A stretch of 64,000 bases of DNA from the human T2T-CHM13v2.0 reference genome, Homo sapiens. How positions within the stretch are numbered: the first letter of the stretch is position 1; every line of letters starts with the position of its first letter. The notes under the pieces were generated by a model. The model was given only the letters and a program-made list of their open reading frames with translations. It made no database searches and was not told the DNA's origin. The stretch lies in assembly GCF_009914755.1 (NCBI RefSeq), contig NC_060932.1; one strand, written 5' to 3'. Of the stretch, positions 46,626 to 63,155 are shown one piece after another. Both the position numbers and the translations under genes were made by a program.

Positions 46626-47094
46626 TGATCTGGCCTTGGCTTCCCAACGTGCTGGGATTATAGGCATGAGCCACCATGCCCGGCCTGTATTTTTGAATTT
46701 CTACATTGTTGACATGCCTTGAAGTCTTAGACGATGAGCAAGAAACAGAAATCATGTAGCACATATATTCAACATTCCCACGTAATTTTAGGTTTCTATT
46801 TGGTCTCTTTCAAGCGGTAAGTAATTTACTTTGATCTTCTCTGCTAGGTTATAACAAAAGTTGACATTGTAGCTCTGCCACTCACTAGAAATATCATCTT
46901 GTTTATGTTATTTAACTTTATGACCTCTAATTGTGAAGGTTAAAGGAAAGAGCACATATAAAAGCTCCTGGTACATTATGGTTAGTCAGGAAGTAAAAGT
47001 TTTTTTTTTAAATTGCATTGTTATTATTATTACTGTTATTATTAATATCATTGGTATGCAAGACACTGAGTTATACATATTTGACTTGTGAACA

Positions 47095-48600
<1,506 letters not shown>

Positions 48601-50514
48601 ATAAAATTGTATAATTTTAAATTTCTGTATTATAAAATTATACATATGTTATAAATCTATGTTTATTTCAACATATATCTGTATAACTATTAAGGACCAC
48701 AATGAATACATTCAAAGGTAAATGTGTGAATATCTCTAAGGCATACTTCTACTTATCTCCTAATAATAAAGAGAGTAGGTCCATTACACTATTGCAGAGT
48801 CATTAGTACTTGTTTACTTTCAAGTTTTATGTTGTAATTCAGATAGCTGAGGTTGTCAGAGAAGAGACCTAGCCTTATGTAATTCTGGAACCAGAAAAAG
48901 AAATCATGGAACTATCCAATTCATGTTTCCTAAACTGGTGTTCCATGGAATACTATTTTAGGAGTTGTTAATAGCATTATCCTGATCAAAGGGTTTTGCG
49001 GTTCCATAAGTTTGGGAAACAGCATTGTAGATCCTCCACACTTGTGTGACACTGCCAATGGATTATTTTATTTATATGTTTATTTATTTTTAGGGATGGG
49101 GTCTTGCCAGGTTGCCCAGGCTGGCCTCAAACTCCTGGGCCCAAGCAGTCCTCCCACTTCAGTCTCCTGAGTTGCGAGATTACAGGTGTGAGACACCATG
49201 CCCAGCATGCCTATGGATTATTAAAGGAGTTTTTAAAAATTTGTTTTCCAGGCTGGGTGCAGTGGCTCACAGTGGTAATCCCAGCACTTTGGGAGGCTGA
49301 GGCAGGTGGATCGTTTCAGTCCAGGAGTTTGAGACCAGCCTGGGCAACATGGCAAAAACCTGTCTCTAAAAAAATACAAAAGAAGTTAGCTGTGTCCACT
49401 CCTGTAGTCTCAGCTACTCAGGAGGCTGAGGTGGGAGGATTGCTTGAGTCTTGGAGGGAGGGGTTGTAGCAAGCTGAGATCACAGCACTGCATTCCAGCC
49501 TGGGCAACAGAGTGAGACCCTGTCTCAAAAAATTTTTTTTTTTTTTTTTTTTTTTACAGAGTAATTCTGTGTTCAAAACAAAATACTTGTCTAATAATTT
49601 TATGGAGGCAGAAGATAGAAAAAAAGAAAAAGTAAAATCAAATCTGTATGCATTTTCTGTTGCACAAATTTATTTAAGGTTAAATGTTGGTATGTGCAAT
49701 AACCTGAAAAGTTTCAAGTACTATAATTGTGATCAGATTTTTTGTTTGGATAGGCTGCCATAAGCTTGTCTTCAAGTGGCTTTTAAAACCTAAATTGCAT
49801 TAGCTTTACAAGGGGCAAATATATTCTTTAGAAAAAAGGTGTTCTCTATTCCTGCCATTGAAATATTGCTTCACAAAACTTATGGCACAACTAACAAAAA
49901 AGGTAAAAAATCCTATTTCAAAGTAGTCATTTTGTGGACAAAGGTAGAAACCTATAATCTTTCCTCCACCACAGCATTTCATATTTAAACCTTCTATTTT
50001 TAACCTGATGGTGGGATTCATGGCTAATGCTTATGAGATCTGTGTCTAGACAGTTGAGAAAAACAGGAAATGAGTTACATTGTCCTAGTAACCTTTTGTT
50101 TTCTAGCTCCAAGCTGTGCTTGCTTTAAAAAAATATTCCTTCTCTCCTGAGAATTTCAGGGAATTTAAGGAACTATAATAATCCAAGGCCTCTTCAGGGA
50201 GCAGAGATAGCTGTTTTGGTGGAAAAGGAAATGAGAACATGAGTTTACTATGCTTGGACCATAAAAGTGAATGCAGCCATTCTAAGAACATGTTTGCTGT
50301 CCTCTTCTGATTGCAAACGTGCTCCCAGCTATCTCTGACTGTGTGATCCTAAAGGGCAGGAACTCATTCTCCCTCTGTGCTGGACACATTGATGCTTTAG
50401 GACATAAAATGACCCTCAGAAGAGCAAGTTAAGAAGAGACAGCTGACATTTATGGAACACTTTTCTATGTGTCAGGCACTGAGCTAAGCACATTACATGC
50501 ATTATCTTATTTAA

Positions 50515-50796
<282 letters not shown>

Positions 50797-51812
50797 TAAA
50801 CTCATGAGCTCGTGATCTGCCCACCTTGGCCTCCCAAAATGCTATGATTATAGGTGTGAGCCAGTGCGCCCAGCCTATTGCCCCCATTTTACAGATGAAG
50901 AAATGAAAGCACAGAGAAGGTAAGGAATTTGCAACAGTAGCATAACTGGCATTTGAACCCAAATCAGTATGATTTTATAACCTATGTTCTTACTTGGTAT
51001 GCTATACCCTTGTAGGGCTGTTGTGAAGATTACAGGACACAACGTAATGTATGTAACAAACTTATCAAAGGCCCAGGTCCATGATAAGCATCACAATTAA
51101 TTCCAGGTATTATTTACATGTGTAAGCAAAATAATGCTGGTTTTTCATATAAGTAGGTGATGCTACTCATCCTCTTGACGTATTAATAAGACACGCAGCA
51201 CTTAATGCTCTTAAGTATCTAATTATTTGAAAAGAATTGAATAGCAGTAGTGATGATTGGTGCTAAATATATTTATATTATGCAGCATTTCAGTGAGGCT
51301 GAAGATACAATAATGGTGACAGTTGATTGGGTTAGAGAGTTTGTAAACAAGTAAAGGAAACTGGTCTACACTGAGATAAAGTCTGCAATGTTGACCGTAT
51401 TAACCATTGCTTCATAGAGTCTGTAAAATGACCATATAACGTATGTAACAAATATTGCACCAAATGCCTGCTTTCTCAGACTCAAAGCCTGTAGGGACAC
51501 AATATTAGGTAAGACTTAATCCTTTTGCTCATGGAATTTACAGTCTAGTAGAGAATTAAAAATAAAAAGAAATCTTTGCAAATTTGATAAGTGCCACCAA
51601 GAAAATAATCAAAGAGTTAAGATACAGAGTAATGGAGTTGGGACATGGGGAGGAGGGTCTGGATCCTACTTTGTATGGGGTAGTAAAGAAAGGCTTCCTG
51701 TAGTAGGTGACATTTAAGACCAGATGATGGGAAAGAACCTAGGAAGAGGGAACAACACACACAAAAGCTCTGAGGTGGGGAAGAGCTTGACGAGTTCGAG
51801 GAGCTGGAGGAT

Positions 51813-53360
51813 TGTTACCCATATAATGGTTGGGTTCAGTTGCTTGGTGGGTGAACATCTTTACAGATGAAGAAATGAAAGTACAGACAAGGAATTTGCA
51901 AGAGTAGCAACTGACATTTGAACCTAAATCAATATGATTCCATATAACATATGTTCTTAGTTGGTATGCTATACCCTTGTAGGGCTATTGTGAACCCAGT
52001 GACCACAATGAAGGAGAATGTAACAATGGGGTTTTAGTACTTGCAACAAGTAAGAACACTGGGGACAGTTCCCAAAGTAGTGTCTCCTGGAATGAAGGTG
52101 AAAGCAGGGCTTTTATTGTGCCACTGGCTGAGTCATTGCATATAAAGGTGGGGTAAAGGTAGTGCAGGTGCAGGCGCAGATTCTGCTTCTTCACACATGG
52201 CATGTATTGAAAATGGTAAATAGAAAAATATCGACAGGCTCAGGGAAAATGCTGGCTTCAGTCCCGAGTGGCTACAATGCCTCTTTAATAAATTCCAGTC
52301 TTCTTTATGGAATCGGTTAACCCCTTTATTAAGCCCTCTCTTGCTTTTATGTCTTGTATTGATATTTGGACCCTGCATACACAATACTATAACTCAAATT
52401 GTTTCTTCTCTCCTAGAAGGAATCAATTTCCAAATAGTGCTGTAAACTGAACCACACATGGACACGCCATTCTTCCGAGGACCCTTAGATCGGCCCCAGG
52501 AGGAGCCCTAGCTGCTGTTCCCCATTCGATGCCCTTTTTCAGCAGGAAGTAGCCAGAAGGAGTCATTGCCCAAAACCCCCTAACAGCAGTTAGTGTGGCT
52601 TCTCCGCAGGGGGGGATGTCATAGGAGTTACTAAGAAATTATTTTAGGCAGATAGAGAGGAAAAGGGGTCCTTGGGAAGTTTTCGTTTTTTAAAGCATCC
52701 CCAGAAAAGTTTCTTGTAAAGCTGCGGCTCCTAGAGCCAGGTCGGCAACCTTTGATATGCAAATGCAAGCCATTAGAAACTGAGTCCGCCCAAACATGGC
52801 GATTCCCGCAGGCCTTCTTGCCCTTTCCCCACAGGTTCCTGGCAACATGGCCGCCCCCACGTATCCCCACGTGTGTAGAACATCATGGTGCCCTGCATTT
52901 GCATATTAAAAGGCTAGGGTGGGAGGACCAGCTTTTTTGAGGGCTGTGTGAACGACATGCCCAGTCAAACCCATCCCCTGAGCCCTATGCAAATCAGACA
53001 CCGCCTCCTCCAGCCTCTGTATATATACCTAGCTGGTATCTGTGGCAGGTGGGGTTCCCTCTATCGGCTTTGGAGCCTCCCTCCCTCTGTCTCTGTACAG
53101 GGGAGCTTCTTACTTCTCCCTTCCTTCTTGCCCTTTCTTGCCTATTAAATTCTCCGCTCCTTAAAAAAAAGAAAATGAAAATGGAGAATAGGCTCCTCCC
53201 TGGATGGGCTTTTTAGTATGGTAATGCTGAGAGCTCACCAAAATTCATCTCTAACTGAGGCATCTGTCTTCCAGCTGGTTTTGGTTTTGCTATAGCTGGG
53301 CTTCTTCCTGGAACAACGGAAGCTCAAGGCACAACAGTTACAAGTGGTTACCCTATCACA
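51813..53360 (-). mobile_element. ERV1-class LTR hosting two later insertions (51856-51994 and 52224-53176)
   Basis: tgttacc ... atcaca termini; sequence appears continuous once the inserts are removed; family uncertain. Confidence 0.55.
52224..53176 (+). mobile_element. ERV1 env 3' end + PPT + U3-R LTR, polyadenylated processed copy
   Basis: 52224-52511 translates ...LLLLCLVLIFGPCIHNTITQIVSSLLEGINFQIVL*TEPHMDTPFFRGPLDRPQEEP*; PPT then TGT at 52617; ATTAAA at 53144; A-tail; 15-bp TSD with 2 mismatches. Confidence 0.85.
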
Positions 53361-54342
53361 GCGTAACCACAAAGACCAGGGACCCTGGGTTACAGGATGA
53401 GTGTGGCTGGAGCCTAACAGGATAAGAGGAGACTGGAACCAGATCATGCAGGGTCTTTGTGGCTCTTGATAAGAAATTGGGTTTTATTCCAAGTTTAATA
53501 GAAACTCTCCAAAAGGTCCTGAATAGGTGAGTGCCATGATCTGATTTGCTTCCATGCGGAGAAAGGACTAGATGGAATAAGAAGGTTGTTGGACCTCCTT
53601 GTGCAAAAAATGATGGTGGCTTGGATGAAGCGGCAGCTATGGAGGGAAAGAAGCTGACAGATTGACAGATTTGGGAATTGGCAAGACTTGATCCATGAGG
53701 ATTGGATGTGCAGGATGAGGGAGAGGGGAGAAATTAAGGTGACTCAGATTTTAATTTGGGGAAATACCATCTCATGGGTATTAAAGTAAACAAATACATA
53801 AACTTATTACTATCTTAGTCAGTTTTTGTTAGGTTTTGCTCCAGTAACACATAACCCTCAATTCTCTGTGATTTATACAGCAAAATCTTATTTTCCATTT
53901 GTGTTATTTGTCCACTGTGAGTCCACTGTGGCTTTTCAATTGGGATCCAGGCTGAAGAAATAGCCCCTGTCTAGGACACACCAATCTATGGCACATGAGA
54001 AGAGCTGCTGTGGAACCATGCAATAGCTCTTAAAACATCTACTCAATGTGACACATGTCATTTCTGCTTGCATTACATTGGCAGAAGTAAGTTACACGTC
54101 AGAGATGTCAATGGGGCAAGGAAGAATTATTCTTTTACACAAAGGGATAATCATTTGGAACCATAATATAAAATACCCCAATTTCAAATGCTGTTACGGT
54201 GCTCACCCCCAGGACATGGCTTGTTAGGTTAGAAACTAAGGAAGTGGTGCTACATGTCAGGGATTTTTATATGCCTTACCTAAGGAAAGAAAGATGATAT
54301 GCAGAATTTGGAAATGAATATTTTGTGGATTTTCTCAAATAG

Positions 54343-54673
<331 letters not shown>

Positions 54674-54897
54674 TAACATGTCATCCATTTATAAGATATC
54701 AAGATCTAAAATTACAAAAGGGGCCGGGTGCGGTGGCTCACACCTGTAATCCCAGCACTTTAGGAGACCGAAGCGGGTGGATCACCTGAGGTCAGGAGTT
54801 TGAGACCAGCCTGAGCAACATGGTGAAACCCCATCTCTACTAAAACTACAAAAATTAGCTGGGCATGGTGGTGGGTGCCTGTAATCCTAGCTGCTCA

Positions 54898-55056
<159 letters not shown>

Positions 55057-55333
55057 CTACTTCCTACTTCTGTGCCCATCAACCAGTAACCCTCCTGTAT
55101 GCAACACAAGGTGTGTGGGACCTTGGAAGCTGGTGGAAGAGGGCATCTTGGGGAAGAAGGAGTGGTACAGGTGGTCAAGTATTTCCAAGAGGGAAAATTA
55201 ATGTACATACTTAGAGAAGCTATGATCATGAAAGGCCACCATAAATTCAAGAATAAATTCATACCAAAAGAACCTCATTGCTTTTTAAATTTATTGTGTT
55301 ACTGTGTAAGACTACTTAGAAAGGAGAGTGCCC

Positions 55334-55369
55334 ATCACTTCTCGGCCTTCTGGCTAAGATCAAGTGTAG
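55334..55369 (+). pseudogene. U2 snRNA 3'-truncated retropseudogene (about nt 1-36)
   Basis: atcacttctcggccttctggctaagatcaagtgtag vs U2 ATCGCTTCTCGGCCTTTTGGCTAAGATCAAGTGTAG; degenerate TSD agaaaggagagtgccc / agaaagcagaaagccc. Confidence 0.9.
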
Positions 55370-57207
55370 AAAGCAGAAAGCCCTGAATGAAGTGTGTCTT
55401 GATTTCATTATAGCAGCTGGCACAGGCCCTCATGATTAGATGTGGGCACAATGGAGAAACGTGGCCGCTAACTCACAGCCGGATGGTTTCAAGGCTGGTG
55501 GCGCCATGGCACACTCATGGGCCAAGTCACAGGTTGAGAAACTTGCGGGTGGAGTTTGTCCCTTCATCTCATCCTCTTCAGTATATTCTGTTGCCAACTT
55601 GAATGAAGATACAGAAAGTATAAGATAAAAGAGAGATGACAGAAGTGAGACCTCCAAAAATCTTTGTTGACTTGAAGAAGAGATGGAAATCAGGATAACA
55701 TGTAATAGTAAAGAAAATGAGAAGTCCTATAGCTAGGTTAAAAAGAAAGTTTCAACGTGATGGAGAGCCAGAAGTCCCAGGCCTTTCTGTTGACAGAAAA
55801 CATAATGTGGGTCAACAGTAAGTCATTGTTGCTTCCCACAATTAATTCCATCTTAATATATACATTAAAATATAATATATTAACATACATGGGGTATACA
55901 GAGTTGGGGGGGATGAGTTGCACTGTTTGGGCCACTTCTGGGTCCTGTGTCTTGAAGTTCTGGAATGCTTTCAGAGGCAGGGAACAGGACGGTGAAGAGC
56001 TTAGAAATAATTGCAGAAGTCTCAGAGTTCCACCCTGACTGAGTGTGGTTTGTGTGAAAAGACAGGGCAGACGGCACGAGGGCTGTCTTCCATATTGGAA
56101 GGGCTGAAGTGCGCACGTGAATTAGACTTACATTTTGGCTTCTGGGGTCAGAAGTGGACCAATGAGCAAATGACAGGGAGGTTTGTGCACAGCCCAGAGA
56201 AGAGCTTCATTCCAGAGCTGTTATTGTGTTGTAGTAGTCACCTCCTTGCCACTGGAAATCAGTGTTGCTGGAATCAAAGTGGAGCCTGGATGACCAACTA
56301 TTAGAGATGGTGGAGACCAAAGAACTTTCCCTAAGTGAGGAAGGAGGCATTCCACCATACCCTGGTCCCAGGTGTACATATCATGTACACTCTGTTCATG
56401 TGGTCTCACACTGTCCTCTAACACAGCTCTTGTACCCTGTGTCATAACTGCACATACAATAGTGTCACCTGGATATCACCCGAGGCTTTCCTTCCCCTTA
56501 GAGATCTCACTACGCTTGACCTGAATCCCCAGTTGCGTTGATAGCCTTGAGCCCTCCCATGGTTCCTGTGATTCTGGGGCTTTTTCTCTTGGTCTCTGTG
56601 TCCCTTCTCTTCCCTGGTAATCTGGATATGAAACCCATGAGAAAGGCCTGTGGTTGTTCCGAGGAGAATTATGACCTCAGAGGGTTTATGTGGAACCAAG
56701 GGACGGTTGAGGCTGGAAATGCAGCATAGAGTCCTGTCTTGGATGGCTCCATTGTCAGAGTCCTGGCAAGAAACAGATGTAATACTCCATCTGGATCATT
56801 TGGAGTATAACATCTCCATCTCCCTTAACATAGTAAATGCAGTGTTTACAAAGGCATGGGCAGAGTTAGGAGCTGTGGGCCGGGCCTGGTGGCTCATGCT
56901 TGTAATCACAGCATGTTGGGAGGTTGAGGCAAGAGAGGATTGTGTGAGCCCAGGAGTTTGGGACCAGCCTCTGCAACACAGTGAGACCTCGACCTCATCT
57001 TTACAAAAACTAAACAAAATTAGCCATGCATGATGGCATGTGCCTGTAGTCCCAGCTACTTGGGAGGCTGAGGTGGGAGGATCACTTCAGCCCAGGAGGT
57101 CGAAGCTGCAGTGAGCTGTGATTGCACCACTGCAGTCCAGCCTGGGCAACAGAATGAGACTCTGTCTCAAATAAGATAAAATAAAAATAAAAATAATGAT
57201 GGAGAGC

Positions 57208-57930
<723 letters not shown>

Positions 57931-58658
57931 CAGGGGGATTCACAGCCCTTACGCATAAAGCAGCAGCAAGGGGAGGTGGGTGTGACCGGATCCCAGGGAG
58001 GCTGCATGGACAGTCAACTGACACCCAGCTCTCCTGTGGCCTGGCAGAGAGATGTCAGTTGGAATAAACACTCTGTCCTCACCCTGCCTCATGCTCCAAT
58101 CTTCCTGTCTTCCTTCTACAGGCCAGGCCTAGCCAGAAGCTACAGGCAAGGAACCCACAGATGCAGTTCAGCAGGTCCACCTCCCAGGCCACAAAGAAGA
58201 CAAAGTAGGGTGGAAAATGAATTAGAAGTGGAAAAGGGTTGACTTAGAGGGGGTGATGCTTAGAGAAGCCTTTAATTGAGCTGGGCTTTGGAGGGAAAGA
58301 GTTTACCAGGCAGACAAGTCAGGGAAGGGCATTCTAGACAATGAGACCAGCACATACAACAGAGGCATGAAGTAGGCGACCCATTCAGGGAGCTGCACGT
58401 GATTTGGCGTGGCTGGAACAGAGGACGCATGTGGCTCTCGATGAGAGGCTTTGGGAGCACTGGCCTGTTGCCATGGCAGTGAGCTTGGGTGTTAGACCAG
58501 AGTTAATGGGAAGCTTCAAAATGATTCTAAAATTTATTGCAAAAATGAAAAAAGGAACTCTTGGCAAACTTCCAAATTACGCAGTTTTTTTTTTTTTTTT
58601 TTGGATGCCCTCTCTGTGTCCATCCAAATCCCTCCTCCCATCCAAAACGAGGTAGACA

Positions 58659-59116
58659 TAAGGGAGGAGACCACCCCTCATATTGTCTTATGCCCAATTT
58701 CCGCCTCCAAAGAAAGAAGTAAAAACTAAAAGGCAGAAATGAAATCCACAGGCAGACCGCCCGGCGCTAACCCTGGGCCTGGTAGTTAAAGATCGACCCC
58801 TGACCTAATCGGTTATGTTTTCTATAGATTACAGGCATTGTATAGAAAAGCACTGTGAAAATCCCTGTCCTGTTCTGTTCCGATCTAATTACCCGTGCAT
58901 GCAGCCCCCAGTCACGTACCCCCTGCTTGCTCAATCGATCACGACCCTCTCACACAGACCCCCTTAGAGTTGTAAGCCCTCAAGAGGGACGGGAATTGCT
59001 CACTCGAGGAGCTCGGTTTTTGAGACATGAGTCTTGCCGATGCTTCCGGCCGAATAAAGCCCTTCCTTGTTTAACTCAGTGTCTGAGGGGTTTTGTCTGC
59101 GGCTTGTCCTGCTGCA
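58659..59116 (+). mobile_element. Solo LTR2-family (HERV-E) LTR
   Basis: taagggaggagaccacccctcatattgtcttatgcccaattt ... ggcttgtcctgctgca; 4-bp TSD gaca at 58655-58658 and 59117-59120; AATAAA at 59053. Confidence 0.85.
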
Positions 59117-60571
59117 GACATTGTTAATGTCTGGTGGCATCTTCATTGACATATTATGTGTTTTATGATGTAACATTTCAAATCTACCAAATATAGAGAA
59201 AACAGTAAAAGGAATTATTTGCCCATTACCCAGATTCAACAGTGATCTATTGAGGAATTATAAACAGGGGAGTGATACGATTAGGAATGTGTTCTAGAAA
59301 GACCTGTGGGAAAGTTAAGTGGGTGGATTGGAGGGCCTCAGCCTAGAGGAGGGGAGATAGGTTAAGCACTTCTTGCAAATGTCCAGGCAAGCAATGCTGA
59401 GGGCTCGTGTCAGAGGGCAGGCGGTGGAGGAGAGGAGGGGGCTGATCCGGGAAAGGTGTTTAGAATTGATGGGCTATGTGTGTCTCAGTCACGAGTCTGT
59501 TTCACTAGATCTAAGATGCTATGAAGTATTTGGGTATCTGGAATCCTGCTCCACAGTATGGATTAATGAACATGTCTTATGCTTAGGAAGTGGAACTCAT
59601 TATTCTTGATTAAAGAACATGTTTTGGGGGATTTGTGCGGTTGGGAACCTCAGAGGAGCCTCTCAGTTTCACAAAATGCTACCCAGATGCAATGATGTCA
59701 TTTATGAGGCCACGGTCCTCTTCAGGTAGGGGGCAGCTAAATTCTATTTGTTTAATAAAAGTAGATGTTTTGAATGACTTCCAGAGAGAGTTGGATTCCA
59801 CAGGCAGATGGAGCTATTATCCGTGTTTTTTTCTCCCCAGTGACAGGCTGCAAGCCTGTAATTCCAGTGACTAGCAGCCCTCATTTGGGAGCTGGGATGG
59901 TTCTACAAACACCACTTCAATCCCCACCTCCTTTACTGGCTGCTGAGGCTGCTGAACTGGGGGACATCCCTTAATGAGATGCAGCAAACATAGCTCAAAC
60001 CCAGCTACCTTCTTGGTATCCACTCAATTTATGGAACGCTCTCGTATCCTTGTGTGCTGCTGGGGGCAATGAAAGCTGCCTCACCACCCCTCCAGCTCCC
60101 AGGCCTCTGTTCTGTCCAAGTCTCTCTTCCCCAGCCCCAAGCAATATTTGCAAGTCTGTTGCCCCAGCAGCCATGCATAGGGGAGTGATTGACTGGCTTG
60201 CATGTTGCTGGCACTTCTGATACAGGACATTATTTCATAATGTCTATTTCAGATCCATCTGTAGTTCTCCTTTTCTCCCTGACAGTGCAGGGCGAGGCTG
60301 TGGCTACAATGGCTGCTGGTACTCTCCCTTAGCTGTCTCTGTTTCTGGAGCTTACATGGGTGTTGGGGGATAAGGGCGTGGTGGGGTGGTGGTTAGGAGT
60401 AGGCAGAGTTGCCTCCTGACTTGGCCATTCAAGAAGAGGTTTCTCTCCTCTCCCTGTGGGTTGTTGCTGCCAGGTCTCCCTGGGGCAGGCATTCCAAGCT
60501 GGCTATTCTGTGGGGCACGGGAGCAAGTCCTTTGGGACTATTTCCCCATACGCTTTCCAGACTGGAGCTTC

Positions 60572-61517
60572 TGGTACAGGTGACAGAAAGAAATTATTAA
60601 GCCATGCCGGGTACGGTGGCTCACACCTGTAATCCCAGCACTCTGGAAGGCCGAGGCAGGCAGATTACTTGAGATCAGGAGTTCAGCCTGGCCAACATGG
60701 TGAAACCCTGTCTCTACTAAAAATACAAAAATCAGCCGGGTGTGGTGATGGGTGCCTGTAATCTCAGCTACTTGGGAGACTGAGGCAGGAGAATCGCTTG
60801 AACCCAGAAGGCGGAGGTTGCAGTGAGCTGAGATCCCGCCACTACTGAACTCCAGCCTGTGTGACAGAGTGACACTCCGTCTCAAAAAAAAAAACAAAAA
60901 CAAAAACAAGAATTATTTAGGCAGACATTGAGGGTAAAAGAGTCCTCTGCAGGACTTCCCTTTTAACAAAAATCAGCCTAAGAAATTCTTTTTTCTAACA
61001 AAGAGCAGACTGAAAAATCAAGCTGCAAACAGATAAGCAAGCTGGAAGCTTTCACAGGTGAATGCCGGCCGCTGTGCCAATAGAAAGGGCTACCTGGGGG
61101 CCAGGTATGTTCAACATGGAGGCTCCATCTTCCCTTTTATTTGTTACCACATGTACAATACAGAAATAGGCAACCTGGTGCCAGTCAGGTAGAGAGCATC
61201 TGCATAATAAAAGATTAAGGTGGAGAGTCCAGAAATTCACACACTATGCAAATGGCACACCTGGTCTGACCAATCTTTTGTTCCTATGTAAATCAGACAC
61301 CGCCTCAAGCTCATCTGAAAAAAAACCCCTGCATTTCACCACGGACCCGAAACCCACTGGGGACCCATCTCTCTGCAGCAGAGAGAGCTATTCTCTTGCT
61401 TTTGCCTATTAAACGTCTGCTCTTAAACTCACTGTTTGTGTGTCTGTGTCCTAGCTTTCTGTGGCCATGAGACAACGAAATCTCAGGTATCACCCCAGAT
61501 GAACGATGCTGTTCCAC
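60572..61517 (+). mobile_element. MER4-group ERV1 LTR (MER50-like) interrupted by an Alu (~60600-60907)
   Basis: aattatttaggcagac, ttctaacaaagagcag, ggtgaatgccggc, ATTAAA near 61408; Alu TSD-like aagaaattatt / aagaattatt. Confidence 0.7.
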
Positions 61518-61976
61518 TTCGGGGCTTTGTGAATGATTCTCCTGGAGTCCCCACTGTGACTTACAGGAGAAGATAGGCTCTTTCCATGAATACTACTCTC
61601 CTTTCCAGGGTGTCCTTCTTTCTCCTCACCCCTTCTTTTATATTGATGCTGGGAATGGAATGAGTAGGATCAATTCTGGCCTCTTGATAAACCCTGTATG
61701 GAGGTGGCTGGCTCCAACTATTGAAACTGGAAACTAGAATATCAGGAGGATACTCAATGCCATTTGTCTTCTGAACTGGGTTCTAAAAGAAATTCATTTA
61801 TTTATTTTAGACACAGGGTCTTCCTTTGTCACCCAGGCTGGAGTGCAGTGATGTGATCACAGTTTATTACAGCCTTGAACTCTGGGGCTCAAATGCTCCT
61901 TCTGCATGCTGAGTAGCTAGGACCACAGGTGCACATCACCACCCCAGACTAATTTTTTTTTTTTTACATTTTGTAG

Positions 61977-62129
<153 letters not shown>

Positions 62130-62720
62130 TAAACTCCATTCAACATCTATTGCAGTAGTTGGTTAATTACAGAGTGTGATGCTCTATTATAGTTTTTTGG
62201 GGGGCAGGTCATTAACATTTCTAGGTCTTGGTTGTCTCATCTGTGAGATGGGGGTAGTGGGTATGCCTCTAGGAAGGTAGCAGAAACTGGACCATGTCAC
62301 CTCTTCAGATCTCTGTCAGGTAGAGCTTTGAGTCTATAGAGTTCATGGTTTTAGGTTTGCTTGATTTCAAGGTTTTTCTCTTCTCATCTTTGTTTCAAAA
62401 ACTACATTCATATCAAAGCACTTCATAGTTCTGAAGCGCCAGACATAGAAAGAGGGACAGATCCTAGCTGGGGAAGGAGAGAGCATTTTGTTCATCCACG
62501 TGAGGGAAATGGAAGCCGAGCAGTGCTCTGTGTCTAGTCTACTCCCAGTTATCAGAGGCAGGACTATTAAAACAAGTCGAGTTATTTCAAAGTTGTCAGC
62601 AAGTCTTCCTCCAATCAAAAGCCCATTTGGTTGGCAAGGCTAATGAAGGTTTATCCTAGAGACCTTGGGTATCTGGTGCAGGAAACATATTTCACAGACT
62701 CTTCCCAAAGTATTGCACTA

Positions 62721-63155
<435 letters not shown>

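Noticed and set aside
59600-60560. Repeat-poor GC-richer stretch, possible enhancer or exon
   Set aside because: No CpG island, convincing splice pair or recognisable coding signal in the sequence alone.
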